Positions 16,039 to 28,791 of a stretch of 64,000 bases of DNA are shown here, one piece after another. The DNA comes from Octopus sinensis (taxonomy: Eukaryota): NCBI RefSeq assembly GCF_006345805.1, contig NC_043021.1:8990001-9054000 (forward strand). The letters are read 5' to 3'. The notes beneath the pieces are model-generated. The model was not told where the DNA came from. It worked only from the letters and a program-made list of their open reading frames with translations, and did not search any database. Position 1 is the first letter of the stretch; each line of letters starts with the position of its first letter. A program made the translations under genes and the position numbers.

Positions 16039-17655
16039 TGTATTTTTGTACATGATTCTGTGTTATATAAGGGTAATATGTTCAATCTAGTTGAACCTTG
16101 GTTTGATTAATGGTGCCGAAGCATCTACATTGCTAGAAATAAGAGTTAAAATACTCTTACTGCTGTAGGAAGAGGGCAAATATATAAATATGCAGACAGA
16201 GGAGGTGACATCCCTTGACCGTCTCGAGGAATTTTAATTTAACACTGCAACAGAACTTTTCCTACGGTAGAACAATTGTTTTTCTCTGACAGCAGTTTTA
16301 GATTTTCCAGATGCCTTTAGCTAGGCCGAAATAATGTCTTCACCACTTGACCCTTTCTAACCTCTTCTACTTCACCAAAAGCTAGAATAGAGATAACAAA
16401 ACCACCAACTAAATCTACTGTTTTCAATAATATATCAATCCTTCTGGATAATTATAAAAGCAAGAACACCCCAAGCAAAAATCAGTCGGTGACGACTCAA
16501 CGAGTTCAGTCACATGATGACGACTCAATGAGGACGAAGTCTGGCTGACCAGCTACAACCTTGAGTCAGAGGGAGAAATGAAGTTTACTGTCAGCAACTG
16601 TGAGACAACGTCCCACAACCTTACAAGTTTCACTAGCTCTAATTCTGTTCTCTTACAACATCATTCTATCTCTCTCTCTGTAATTACTACTAAACGATGA
16701 AGAGGACACAAGCACAAACTTTACTTCGCATGCTTTTGGATTTATCATAACCTGCCAGTCGAGGCAAGGTATTGTAACGCAACAGTAAATAAATATTTCC
16801 TTAAAACTTCATGCATTGTTCATCTTTCACATCCTACAACATGCAATTATAACAACAAATTTTTATCGTTACATATATATATAATTATTAATACGGGCAA
16901 AAGAAAAAACTTCTATGCCAATATGCTGAGAAATAGATTTCAAATTGTCAATCACCACATTACAATATACATTCACTATGAATACACGTTCTGCTGAAAT
17001 CGAGGAAAGCAAGCTAACAGAATATATATATAGTTGTATAAAGGTAATAACCAAGGATGAAGTTGTAGGAAGTAAGTGACCTTCAAGCAATCCGTAGAAA
17101 ATATCAAGAAACTTTTAGGAGCAATAGTGGTTTGTTGGTGGAGGAGGTTGTGAAGAATTTTTCCCGTATCGAAGTACGATAAGCTGAAATAAAAGTTATT
17201 TTATAGTTCATGGTTGACAACCAGAGTCGCCGGGTATGCGAATAAAAATTTTAAAATCAGGGAATGGAGTTGATAAAATCAGGACTACATATGTTTCATA
17301 GCGAGCGGAACCTCGGAAGGTGTATACCGCAGGCTACTCTTCACACTAAAGGTATCTTGTTTATATGAAGCTTACATTGCCGCTAGGAGACTCGGAGACC
17401 CATGTTAACACACGCAGGATTCAATCAATATATATATATTGGAAGGTTTGGAGATGATGTACAGGTATTTTATATTAGAAGAAATGAGGTACTCAGAAAT
17501 TCGGATGGTTTTATATTTACAGATATTTATTTGTATATTACATGTTTTTATACATCATATATCATATATAATATATTAGCGCGTTCGTCCATTCTGGTGG
17601 ATTTTTCAAATGGAACTTAGAAGTATATATATATATATAATATATATATATATAT

Positions 17656-17686
<31 letters not shown>

Positions 17687-18963
17687 CTCCTAAGCGACCA
17701 TATATATATATATACTCCTAAGTGACCATATATACCAGCCATCACAGATGGCTGGTGTGTAATTGTATAATAGTATTTCTGCATTTGTTTTTGTATATTG
17801 TATGTAAAAACATCCTGATGAAGGGAGTGTCAGTTTTGAAAATATGAAATATATCATATTACTTGGCGCGTCTCTGAAACTTTAAATTTTTGGAACTTTA
17901 AATTTTTGTATTATTTTTCGGGGGATTTTAAAAGGTCCTTTTAAAGTTTTATCATTCCAAATTTTTAATTACACCAATGTTTTATAACTTTCAAATGTAA
18001 ATTCACTGTGTTTTATGTATAACCCCGATTTTTTTTTAATCTATTTATGCATATTTTTAAATTTACATATTCGGAATTTATATATCCGTTTTCTAAGTAT
18101 GGAAGAATATATGAATACTTTTTTACCATCTTTTACTTGTTTCAGTCATTTGACTTCGGCCATGCTGGAGCACCACCTTTAATCGAGCAACTCGACCCCG
18201 GGACTTATTCTTTTGTAAGCCCAGTACTTATTCTATCGGTCTCTTTTTGCCGAACCGCCAAGTGACGGGGACACAAACACACCAGCATCGGTTGTCAAGC
18301 GATGTTGGGAGACAAACACAAACATACAAACACACACACGCATACATATATATACATATATACGACAGGCTTCTTTTCAGTTTCCGTCTACCAAATCCAC
18401 TCACAAGGCTTTGGTCGGCCCGAGGCTATAGTAGAAGACACTTGCCCAAGGTTCCACGCAGTGGGACTGAACCCGGAACCACGTGGTTGGTAAACAAGCT
18501 ACTTACCACACATTTTCGAGTGTGGATCTTAATTATGTTCCTCTAGTTTCCGCTTGCATTGCCTCCGTTGAAGTAAACACATCAACACCCATTGTCAAGT
18601 TGTGATGGGGGGGGGGGGACAAACACCCACCCACACGTGTGTGTGTGTGTGTGTGTGCATGTATGTACATATATGAGTGTGTGTGTGTGCGCATGTATGT
18701 CCATATATGTGTGTGTGTGTGTTTGTATGTATATACATATGCCTGTTATATATACTTTATATTATATATGTGTTATATATATATATATACTCATAAGGCT
18801 TTGGTTGGCCCGAGGCTATAGTAGAAGACACTCGCCCAAGGTGCCATGCAGTGTGACTGAACCCGGAACCATGTGCTTGGGAAGCAAGCTTCTTACCACA
18901 CAATTTACAACAGCTTCATATAAGGATTGAACAAAGTTTTCGTTCTAACATTAAAAGTATGAT

Positions 18964-19341
18964 GGAAGCACTCCGTCGGTTACGACGACGAGGGTTCCGA
19001 TTGATCCGAATCAACGTAACAGCCTGCTCGTGAAATTAACGTGTAAGTGGCTGAGCACTCCACAGACACGTGTACCCTTAACGTAGTTCTCGGGGATATT
19101 CAGCGTGACACAGAGAGTGACAAGGCCGGCCCCTTGTACAACAGAAACAGGAAGTAAGAGTGAGAGAAAGTTGTGGTGAAAGAGTACAGCAGGGATCACC
19201 ACCATCCACTGCCGGAGCCCCGTGGAGCTTTTAGGTGTTTTCGCTCAATAAACACTCACAACGCCCGGTCTGGGAATCGAAACCGCGATCCTATGACCGC
19301 GAGTCCGCTGCCCTAACCACAGGGCCATTGCGCCTCCTCTG
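18964..19341 (-). mobile_element. Full-length tRNA-derived SINE with 17-bp TSD
   Basis: A box tggccctgtggttag, B box ggtttcgattccc; TSD aacattaaaagtatgat at 18947-18963 and 19342-19358. Confidence 0.88.
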
Positions 19342-20719
19342 AACATTAAAAGTATGATTATACTAATAGATTAATAACGTTGCGGATTCCGGCAAAAGAA
19401 TTGCCTCCCTTGAACTTAACACTAATCAGGGAAGATAACTAGGTTTGCAATTTTTCTTTTCGTTTCTCCTCAAGCATTTTTGTAGTTAAAAACACGCGAC
19501 TTTTCCTTGATTGGAAGCAACAAAAACCATTGCAGACTACAGAGCGTCTTAATGCATGTTCGTATCTGACGTTGCGCCGAGTCACTTGCAATTCGTTCGA
19601 TAAGGCGAAAATGCAAGCATAGAAACAAAATTTCTGGGCAGAGACGGAGCTTCCACTAAAAAGATTATATATATATACTAGCAGTATCGCCCGGCGTTGC
19701 TCGGGTTTGTAAGGGAAATAACTATATAAGCATTTTTAGAGAGTTACTTCCCTTATATAATAGCGAAAAAATGCATTAAATGGAAAAAAATTATGGTAAA
19801 TTATTTTTTAAATCGTCGACTCATCGTAGACGCGCGCTAATACCCAGAAGGGCTCGATATGAATCACGACTATAAGATACCTGGTTTTGGTTACACTGCA
19901 CTGCAAAATGTGGGAGAAGTTAGGAATCTAGATCGGAGGAGACAGACACACAACTTCACTTTTATATATATAAAGACTAGCAGTATCGCCCGGCGTTGCT
20001 CGGATTTGTAAGAGAAATAACTATATAAGCATTTTTAGAGAGTTACTTCCTTTATAGATGCCAATTCGGGCTTTCTTAGCCATTTCTGTTTTGGTGTCTT
20101 CAAGCCATGAAGTCGTTGTTCTGAAAGAACGCTGGTCTCCTTGACAACGCTTTACGACGTTGATTTCCTTACACTCCCTTCACCACAGCTTCACGAGGGA
20201 GGGAAGAAGGGGGAGAAGCCAACACAGGTGCAGGTGTGACCATGGACGCCAACTCCGCTGCCATCGACACACGAAAAAATATGCATTAAAATGGAATAAA
20301 AAATGATGTTAAATTATTTTTAAAATCGTAGACTCATCGTAGACGCGCGCTAATACCCAGACGGGCTCGATATGAATCACGACTATAAGATACCTGAATT
20401 TGGTTAAACGGCACCGCAAAATGTGGGAGTAGTTAGGAATCTAAATCGAAGGGGACAGACACTCACACAACTACAGTTTTATATATATAGATAAACCTAT
20501 TTCTTTACTACCCACAAGGGGCTAAACACAGAGTGGACAAACAAGGACAGACAAAGGGATTAAGTCGATTACATCGACTCCAGTGCGTAACTGGTACTTA
20601 TTTAATCGACCCCGAAAGAATGAAAGGCAAAGTCGACCTCGGCGGAATTGAACTCAGAACGTAATGCATTTCGCCCGGTGTGCTAACGTTTCTGCCAGCT
20701 CGCCACCTCTCTTTCTCTT

Positions 20720-20788
<69 letters not shown>

Positions 20789-20937
20789 AACAGCTCCCAA
20801 GTTTTTTGCCAAAACTGTCCAACCCATGCCAGCATAGAAATGGTTATTATTATTATTATTATTACTGGCGGAATTGATGGCTCTTGAGTTCATAAACACT
20901 TCATTTTTTTGTGCTGCCCCAGTCCACTCAGCTGTAA

Positions 20938-21475
20938 CCCTGCCATAGACTGGCATCTTGTTCAGGGGTAATGTTGCACCTTTGGCCTGTTGACCCTGTC
21001 ATAGACTGGCATCATGTTGCGCCCTTGGCCTGTTGACCCTGTCATAGACTGGCATCTTGTTCAGGGGGGATGTTGTGCCCTTGGCCTGTTAAACCCGTCA
21101 TAGATTGGCATCTTGTTCAGGGGGAATGTTGCGCCCTTGGCCTGTTGACCCTGTCATAGATTGGCATCTTGTTCAGGGGGAATGTTGCACCCTTGGCCTG
21201 TTGACCCTGTCATAGATTGGCATCTTGTTCAGGGGGGATGTTGTGCCCTTGGCCTGTTAAACCCGTCATAGATTGGCATCTTGTTCAGGGGGAATGTTGC
21301 GCCCTTGGCCTGTTGACCCTGTCATAGATTGGCATCTTGTTCAGGGGGAATGTTGCACCCTTGGCCTGTTGACCCTGTCATAGATTGGCATCTTGTTCAG
21401 GGGGAATGTTGCGCCCTTGGCCTGTTAACCCTGTCATAGACTGGCATCTTGTTGGGGGGGAATGTTGCGCTCTCA
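20938..21475 (+). repeat. 56-bp minisatellite, about 10 units
   Basis: Unit cctgtcatagattggcatcttgttcagggggaatgttgcgcccttggcctgttgac; contiguous units with no spacers. Confidence 0.92.
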
Positions 21476-21936
21476 GCCTGAGTGATCGACTGTATGAGTT
21501 CTAAGACTTGAAATAGTAGGCTTTAGAGAGCTTTTACTTTTTTCTGTTACTATCATCATTACTATTGATTGAATGGTTTCCAAGGTAACTGATTTGTGTT
21601 CGGAGCAGGGAGGGGGATGGAAAGAAAAGAAAGATAATTAACCAAACCCTAGAATTTCTCCTTAACAGAAGTTACATGACAAAAATTGATTTTTGAGTTG
21701 ACATCATAATGAAAAACTCCATCAATGTTTCTGACATTTCCTCAAGATCTTATTTGATGTTTATTGGTGGATGATTAAACAATTAAGCATCCACATCATA
21801 AGGATTGGTGTTTCTCGACTATTCTTTTTTTTTTTTTTTTTTTTTTTACTTATGAAACCCTTTGATTCCTCTTTTATCGATATATTGGATGGAGACTCCT
21901 GGCAATTTGGTGTTTAAAAAAAAATCCTGTTACACA

Positions 21937-22320
21937 GGCGCAGGAGAGGCTGTGTGGTAAGTAGCTTGCTAACCAACCACACGGTTGCGGGTTCAGTCCC
22001 ACTGCGTGGCATCTTGGGCAAGTGTCTTCTGCTATAGCCCCGGGCCGACCAATGCCTTGTGAGTGGATTTGGTAGACGGAAACTGAAAGAAGCCTGTCGT
22101 ATATATGTATATATATATATGTGTGTGTGTATATGTTTGTGTGTCTGTGTTTGTGTGTCTGTGTTTGTCCCCCTAGCATTGCTTGACAACCGATGCTGGT
22201 GTGTTTACGTTCCCATCACTTAGCGGTTCGGCAAAAAGAGACCGATAGAATAAGTACTAAAAGGTGGTGCTCCAGCATGGCCGCAGTGAAATGACTGAAA
22301 CAAGTAAAAGAGAGAAAGAG
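21937..22320 (+). mobile_element. Abundant tRNA/CORE-type SINE (about 400 bp, internal TA/TG microsatellite). Other + copies: about 33650-34010, 35832-36280, 38170-38580, 40767-41180, 48903-49325. Minus copies: about 12225-12665, 15300-15670, 18130-18510, 26940-27450, 37684-38097, 42027-42415, 48313-48713, 60915-61535
   Basis: Head ggcgcaggagtggctgtgtggtaag (A box), ggttcagtccc (B box), CORE-like accttgggcaagtg, tail (taaaagag)n. Source of the many recurring short ORFs such as YQIHSQGFGRPEA. Confidence 0.9.
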
Positions 22321-23029
22321 ATAGGCACAGGCATGGCTGTGTGGTAAGAAGCTTGCTTACCAACCACACGGTTCCGGGTTCAGTCCCTCTGCTTGGCACC
22401 TTGGGCAAGTGTCTCCTACTATAACCTCGGGCCGACCAAAGCCTTGTGAATGGATTTGGTAGACGGAAACTGAAAAGAAGCCTGTCGTGTGTGTGTGTTT
22501 GTCCCCGCCACCATCACTTGGTTACTGGTGTTGGTGTGTTTATGTCCCCGTAACTCAGCAGTTTGGCAAAAGAGACTGATAGCCATCAATTCTACCAACA
22601 ATACTGATTTCAAATTTTGGCACAAGGCCAGCAATTTGGGGGGGGGGAGATACATCGATTACATCTTCCCCAGTACTCAACTGGTACTTATTTCATCGCT
22701 CCTGAAAGGATGAAAGGCAAAGTTGACCCCGGCAGAATTCGAACTCGGGTGTAGATGGAAGAACTACCACTAAGCATTTTGCCCAGCAGGCTAATGATTC
22801 TGCCAGCTCATCGCATTAATTCTGCTAAAAATAATAATCCTTTCTATTATAGGCACAAGGCCTGAAATAGTTGATTACATCGACCCGAGTACTCAAAGGA
22901 TGAAAGGCAAAGTTGATCTCAGTCAAATCGTCCAACCCATGCTAGCATGGAAAGCGGACGTTAAACAATGATGATGATGATATATATATATATATATAGA
23001 TATATATATATATATATGCAAGGACAACC

Positions 23030-23400
23030 GACGGGCCTCAAGAAGCACCATCCAATCGTGGCCGTTGCCGGTGGCACGTAAAGATCACCATCCGACCGTG
23101 GCCGTTTGCCAGAAGCACCATCCGATCGTGGCCGTTGCCAGCCTTGCCTGGCCCCCGTGCCGGTGGCACGTAAAAAGCACCATCCGACCGTGGCCGTTGC
23201 CAGCCTCGTCTGGTACCTGTGCCAGTGGCACGTAAAAAGCACCCACTACACAGAGTGGTTGGCGTTAGGAAGGGCATCAAGCCGTAGAAACATTGCCATA
23301 TCAGACTGGGCCTGGTGCAGCCTTCTGGCTTCCCAGACCCCAGTTGAACCGTCCAACCCATGCCAGCATGGAAAGCGGATGCTAAATGATGATGATGATG
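23030..23400 (+). mobile_element. RTE-type LINE/SINE 3' end with internal tandem repeats and (GAT)n tail (also about 32950-33240, 45180-45490, 49630-50020, 60690-60880, 61147-61322, 63370-63700)
   Basis: Conserved ggttggcgttaggaagggcatc motif (reverse complement ggatgcccttcctaacgccaacc); ends gctaaatgatgatgat. Confidence 0.7.
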
Positions 23401-24159
23401 AACCACGATTCTACTTAGATTCACATGTCTGTGTTTAAGAAGACACATCAAGCTTGTGTGTGTGTGTGTGTGCATCTGCATATATCCTCCATCACTACTT
23501 GACAACCGGTGTTGGTGTGTTTACATCCCTGTAAGTTAGTGCTTCGGCAAAAGTGACCAACAGAATTTTGTACCAGGCTTGAAAAAAAGAGAAAATAAAA
23601 ATTATAAAAAAAAAAAAAAAAAAAAATGACTGGAGTCGATTCATTCGACTCTAAATTCCTCAAGGCAGTGCCCCAGCATGGGCCACACTCAAATGACTGA
23701 AACAAGTAACAGATAAAAGATCTTAAGCTGTTTTTTTTTTTTTTATTCATCAACACTAGATTCCTTTACACAGTTTTACGTCAAAAAGTTATATAAAAAC
23801 ACCTCAACTTTTGTACCTTTGTCATTGTTTTTGGCTCATTTGCATAAAATTAATTAGCAACAAAAATCATGCAAAAGAGTAAAAAAAAAAAACTATTAAA
23901 AACAAAAAAAAAATTTAGTCTTCAACACAAAAACTGAGTTTACAAAACAATGATATACAGACACATTCTCTTACATATACACTTATATAAACACATGCGT
24001 ATACATACATACATACATAATAGATTGAATATCACAGATTTATAAATATTGAAATTTTATAATAATAGTAATAATAATAATAATAATAATCCTTTCTACT
24101 AAAGGCACAAGGCTTGACATTCGTTGCAAGGAAACTAATGTTTCACTGGTACTTAATTT

Positions 24160-24730
24160 ACTGACCCCCGAAGGGATGAAAAGCAAAGTCGACCTCGGTG
24201 GAATTTGAACTCAGAACATGAAGATAGACGAAATACCGCAAAGCATTTCGCCTGGCTTGCTAACGTTTCTGCCAGCTCGCCGCCGGAATCGATACCTTTC
24301 TAACATTTCGCCAAACCCCAAAGGGATGAAAAGCAAAGTTGACCTAGGTGGAATTTGAACTCAGAACATAAAGATAGACGAAATACCGCAAAGCATTTCG
24401 CCTGGCTTGCTAACGTTTCTGCCAGCTCGCCACCAGAATCGATACCTTTCTAACATTTCGCCAAACCCCAAAGGGATGAAAAGCAAAGTTGACCTAGGTG
24501 GAATTTGAACTCAGAACATAAAGATAGACGAAATACCGCAAAGCATTTCGCCTGGCTTGCTAACGTTTCTGCCAGCTCGCCACCAGAATCGATACCTTTC
24601 TAACATTTCGCCAAACCCCAAAAGGATGAAAAGCAAAGTTGACCTAGGTGGAATTTGAACTCAGAACGTGGAGACAGACAAAATGCTGCTTAGCATTTTG
24701 CCCGGTGTACTAATGATTCTGCCAGCTTGC
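24160..24730. repeat. 150-bp tandem array (about 4 units) derived from a SINE
   Basis: aagcaaagtYgacct recurs at 24181, 24331, 24481 and 24631. Confidence 0.9.
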
Positions 24731-25469
24731 AGCCTATTAATAAATATAATAATAATAATAATAATCCTTTCTACTATAGGCACAAGGCCCGACATTTGAG
24801 GAGAGGGGGCTAGTTGATTACATCAACCCCAGTGTTTCATTTGTACTTAATTTATCGACCCCAGAAGGATGAAAGGCAAAGTCGACCCCCAGTGGAATTT
24901 GATTTCAAATTTTGCCACAGGGGCAGCAATTTGGGGGGAGGGGATGAATCGATGACATCGACCCCAGTGTTCAACTGGTACTTATTTAATCGGGCCCCCA
25001 AAAAGATGAAAGGTAAAGTCAACCTTGGCAGAAGGTAGCAACGTGCAAAATACTACTAAGCATTTCATACGACACGCTAACAATTCTACCACCTTAAGTA
25101 ATAATAATAATAATCCTTTCTACTATAGGCACAAGACCTGAAATTTCAGGTGGGGGGGTGCTAGCTGATTGCATCAACCCCAGTGCTCGACTGCTACTTA
25201 TTTTATTGACCCTAGAAGGATGAAAGGTAAAGGTGACCGCGGCAGAATTTGAACTCAGTACATAGCAACAGCCAAAATACTAAGCATTTTTCCCAGTGTG
25301 CTAACAACTCTGCCAGCTCGCTGCCTTAATAATAATAATATTAATAATGGTTTCAAATTTTACCATGAGGGCAGCAATTTTAGGGGAGGGGAGGAGTCGA
25401 TTACATCAACCCCAGTGTTCAACTGGTACTTAATTTATCGACCCCCAAAAGGATGAAAAGTAGAGTCGA

Positions 25470-26390
25470 CCTCAGCAAAATTTGAACTCGGAACATAGCA
25501 ACAGCCAAAATACTGCTAAGCATTTTACCTGGCGTGCTAACGATTCTGCCAGCTTGCCGCCTTAATAGTAATAATAATCCTTTCTACTCTAGATGCAAGG
25601 CCTGAAATTTGGGGTGGGGGAGAAAGGGGCTGGTTTATTACATCAACCCCAGTGCTCAAATGGAACTTATTTTTATCAACCCCCAAAAGGATGAAGAGTA
25701 AACTTGACCTCAGCAGAATTTGAACTCAGAACATAAAGACAGACAACAGGCCACTAAGCATACTGTCAGCAGAATTTGAACTCGGAACATAGCAACAGCC
25801 AAAATACTGCTAAGCATTTTACCTGGCGTGCTAACGATTCTGCCAGCTTGCCGCCTTAATAATAATAATAATAATAATCCTTTCTACTCTAGATGCAAGG
25901 CCTGAAATTTGGGGTGGGGGAGAAAGGGGATGGTTTATTACATCAACCCCAGTGCTCAAATGGAACTTATTTTTATCAACCCCCAAAAGGATGAGGAGTA
26001 AACTTGACCTCAGCAGAATTTGAACTCAGAACATAAAGACGGACAACAGGCCACTAAGCATACTGTCAGCAGAATTTGAACTCGGAACATAGCAACAGCC
26101 AAAATACTGCTAAGCATTTTACCTGGCGTGCTAACGATTCTGCCAGCTTGCCACCTTAATAGTAATAATAATCCTTTCTACTCTAGATGCAAGGCCTGAA
26201 ATTTGGGGTGGGGGAGAAAGGGGCTGGTTTATTACATCAACCCCAGTGCTCAAATGGAACTTATTTTTATCAACCCCCAAAAGGATGAGGAGTAAACTTG
26301 TCCTCAGCAGAATTTGAACTCAGAACAAAGACAGACAACAGGCCACTAAGCATACTGTCTGGCATGCTAATGATTCTGCCATCTCACTGC
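25470..26390. repeat. About 300-bp tandem array (3 units) derived from a SINE
   Basis: aaaatactgctaagcattttacctggcgtg recurs at 25507, 25801 and 26101. Confidence 0.88.
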
Positions 26391-26899
26391 CTTAATAATA
26401 ATGGTTTTGCATTTAGAAATAACTTAGGGCTGGCTACGTCTTTCAAAGCCAAAACTGGGTCTGTCCAGGATAGAGATGAAGAGACCCGAGAAGAAGTCTT
26501 CCTTTGGCACTTTCTCTATTATCAGGCCATATGGTAAGCCAGCTAGCTGGTCTTTTGCTCTTTAATTCTTTTACTTGTTTCAATCATTCCACTGAAGCCA
26601 TGCTGGACCCCAGCCTAGAAGGGTTTAGTTGAAACAAATCAAGACAGACACTTATTCTTTATTCTAGAAGTGATGGAGACAAACGAACCAACACTGGCAG
26701 TCATGTGGTGGAGGGGACTTCGTACACACGCACAAAACAGACTTCCATGCAGTTACTGTCTATCAAATCCACTCACAGGGCTTCAATTGGCCTAGGGTTA
26801 TAGCAGCAGACACTTATCCAAGATGCCATGTGGAGGAACTGAATTCAATACCACATGATTACAAAGAGAATTTCTTAACCATACAGCCAGGCCTGCACC

Positions 26900-26934
<35 letters not shown>

Positions 26935-27444
26935 TATATATATACTCTTTTACTTGTTTCAGTCATTTGACTGCGGCAATGCTGGAGCACTGCCTTTAGT
27001 CGAGCAAATCGACCCCGGGACTTATTCTTTGTAAGCCCAGTACTTATTCTATCGGTCTCTTTTTGCCGAACCGCTAAGTGACGTAAACACACCAGCATCG
27101 GTTGTCAAGCAAAGCTAGGGGGACAAACACAGACACACAACCTCCCCCCCATATATATATCATCATCATCATCATTTAGTGTCCGCTTTCGCTAAATGAT
27201 GATGATGATGATGATGATATATATATGGGGGGGGAGGTTGTGTGTCTGTGTTTGTCCCCCTAGCATATATATATACATATATATGACAGGCTTCTTTCAT
27301 TTTCCGTCTACCAAATCCACTCACAAGGCATTGGTCGGCCCGGGGCTATAGCAGAAGACACTTGCCCAAGATGCCACGCAGTGGGACTGAACCCGGAACC
27401 ATGTGGTTGGTTAGCAAGCTACTTACCACGCAGCCACTCCTGCA

Positions 27445-27489
<45 letters not shown>

Positions 27490-27927
27490 GTCTTTTACTT
27501 GTTGCAATCACACACAAACACGACAGGAATACCTATTTATTTTAAATTTATTTTAACACCTGGAGTTGTGCGTGTTTGGTTTCAAAATTAATTTTGTTGG
27601 AGGATTTTTTTCAAATAGTTACTAAAAGCAAAATTTTTTTATTAAAAGTAAACCCTTCAAGGCTGGGCCCCAGCATGGCTTCAGTTCAATAATTGAAACA
27701 AGCATAAGGATAAAAGTACAGAAGACTAGTTAGCTGGTTTGCCATATAAGCTAGACAACAGAGAGAAAGCGCCAAAGGAAGAATTCTTCCCATATCTCTT
27801 CACCTCTGTTCTGGACGGACTCAGTTTTGGCTGGGAAAGACACAGCGAGTGCTCCAGCATGGCCGCAGTCAAATGACAAATAAAAGAATATCAAAAAAAA
27901 TAAAATGTTATTCATTATTGCTCTTAC

Positions 27928-27960
<33 letters not shown>

Positions 27961-28529
27961 TTTTTTATTAAGGCTGTGAGCTGGCAGAATCGTTAACACA
28001 CCTGGCGAAATGCTTAGTCTGTTATCTGTCTGTATATTCTGAGTCACGTCCTGCAAAGGTCAACTTGGCGTTTCATGCTCTCAGGGTTGATAAATTAAGT
28101 ACCAGTTATGCACTGGGGTCAATGTAATTGACCAGTCTCCTCCCCAAAAATTTCAGGCCTTGTACCTTTAGCAGAAAGGATTATAATTATTATTTCTATT
28201 ATTATTATTACTTAAGTACCAGTTATGCACTGGGGTCAATGTAATTGACCAGTCTCCTCCCCAAAAATTTCAGGCCTTGTACCTTTAGCAGAAAGGATTA
28301 TAACTATTATTTCTATTATTATTATTATTATTATTATTAATATTATTATTATTATTATTATTACTTAATAATTAAAGAAATAATTTATTAAAGGAAATCA
28401 TTATTATAAATACAATGAGGATTAAAGATTCTTTGAATTTTCTTTGTTTTGTTCAATGTTTTTTTTCTTTCTTTTCCTGTTATTGCAACAGCAGCAGCTG
28501 TTGTTGATGTTGTTGTTGTTGTTGTGACC

Positions 28530-28535
28530 TTTATT
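28530..28535 (-). promoter_or_regulatory. Candidate polyadenylation signal for CEP192
   Basis: AATAAA on the minus strand about 80 nt after the stop; another candidate at 28384-28389. Confidence 0.4.
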
Positions 28536-28616
28536 GTTTAAAGCAGATGAAAATAGCTGCACCAGCTGGAGCAGTGCAGTTACTAGGGCAGTGTCGTTGC
28601 AACAGCAGCCACCGTT

Positions 28617-28791
28617 CTATGCTGTTGTTGTTGTTATTGCTGTTGTTGTCGACATTGATAGTGTTCCCACGCCGACCCCAAACAACAGCAAAGCCAGGGA
28701 TTCAGTGCCCGAAGAGAAGACCATTCGTCTTTGTACGAACCCTTGACACGTTGGTGTAAAATAGACGGGCAGCTTCACGAGCTTTTTCGAG
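28617..28791 (-). CDS. CEP192: CEP192 terminal coding exon (175 nt including TAG)
   Basis: Long polypyrimidine tract, ttttccag acceptor; SKKLVKLPVYFTPTCQGFVQRRMVFSSGTESLALLLFGVGVGTLSMSTTTAITTTTA*. Confidence 0.9.

Noticed and set aside
20938-21475. CRISPR-like array
   Set aside because: Units are contiguous with no unique spacers, there are no cas genes, and the context is eukaryotic.
28096-28290. 117-bp direct duplication of a SINE fragment
   Set aside because: Ordinary slippage between (ATT)n runs; nothing further to explain.
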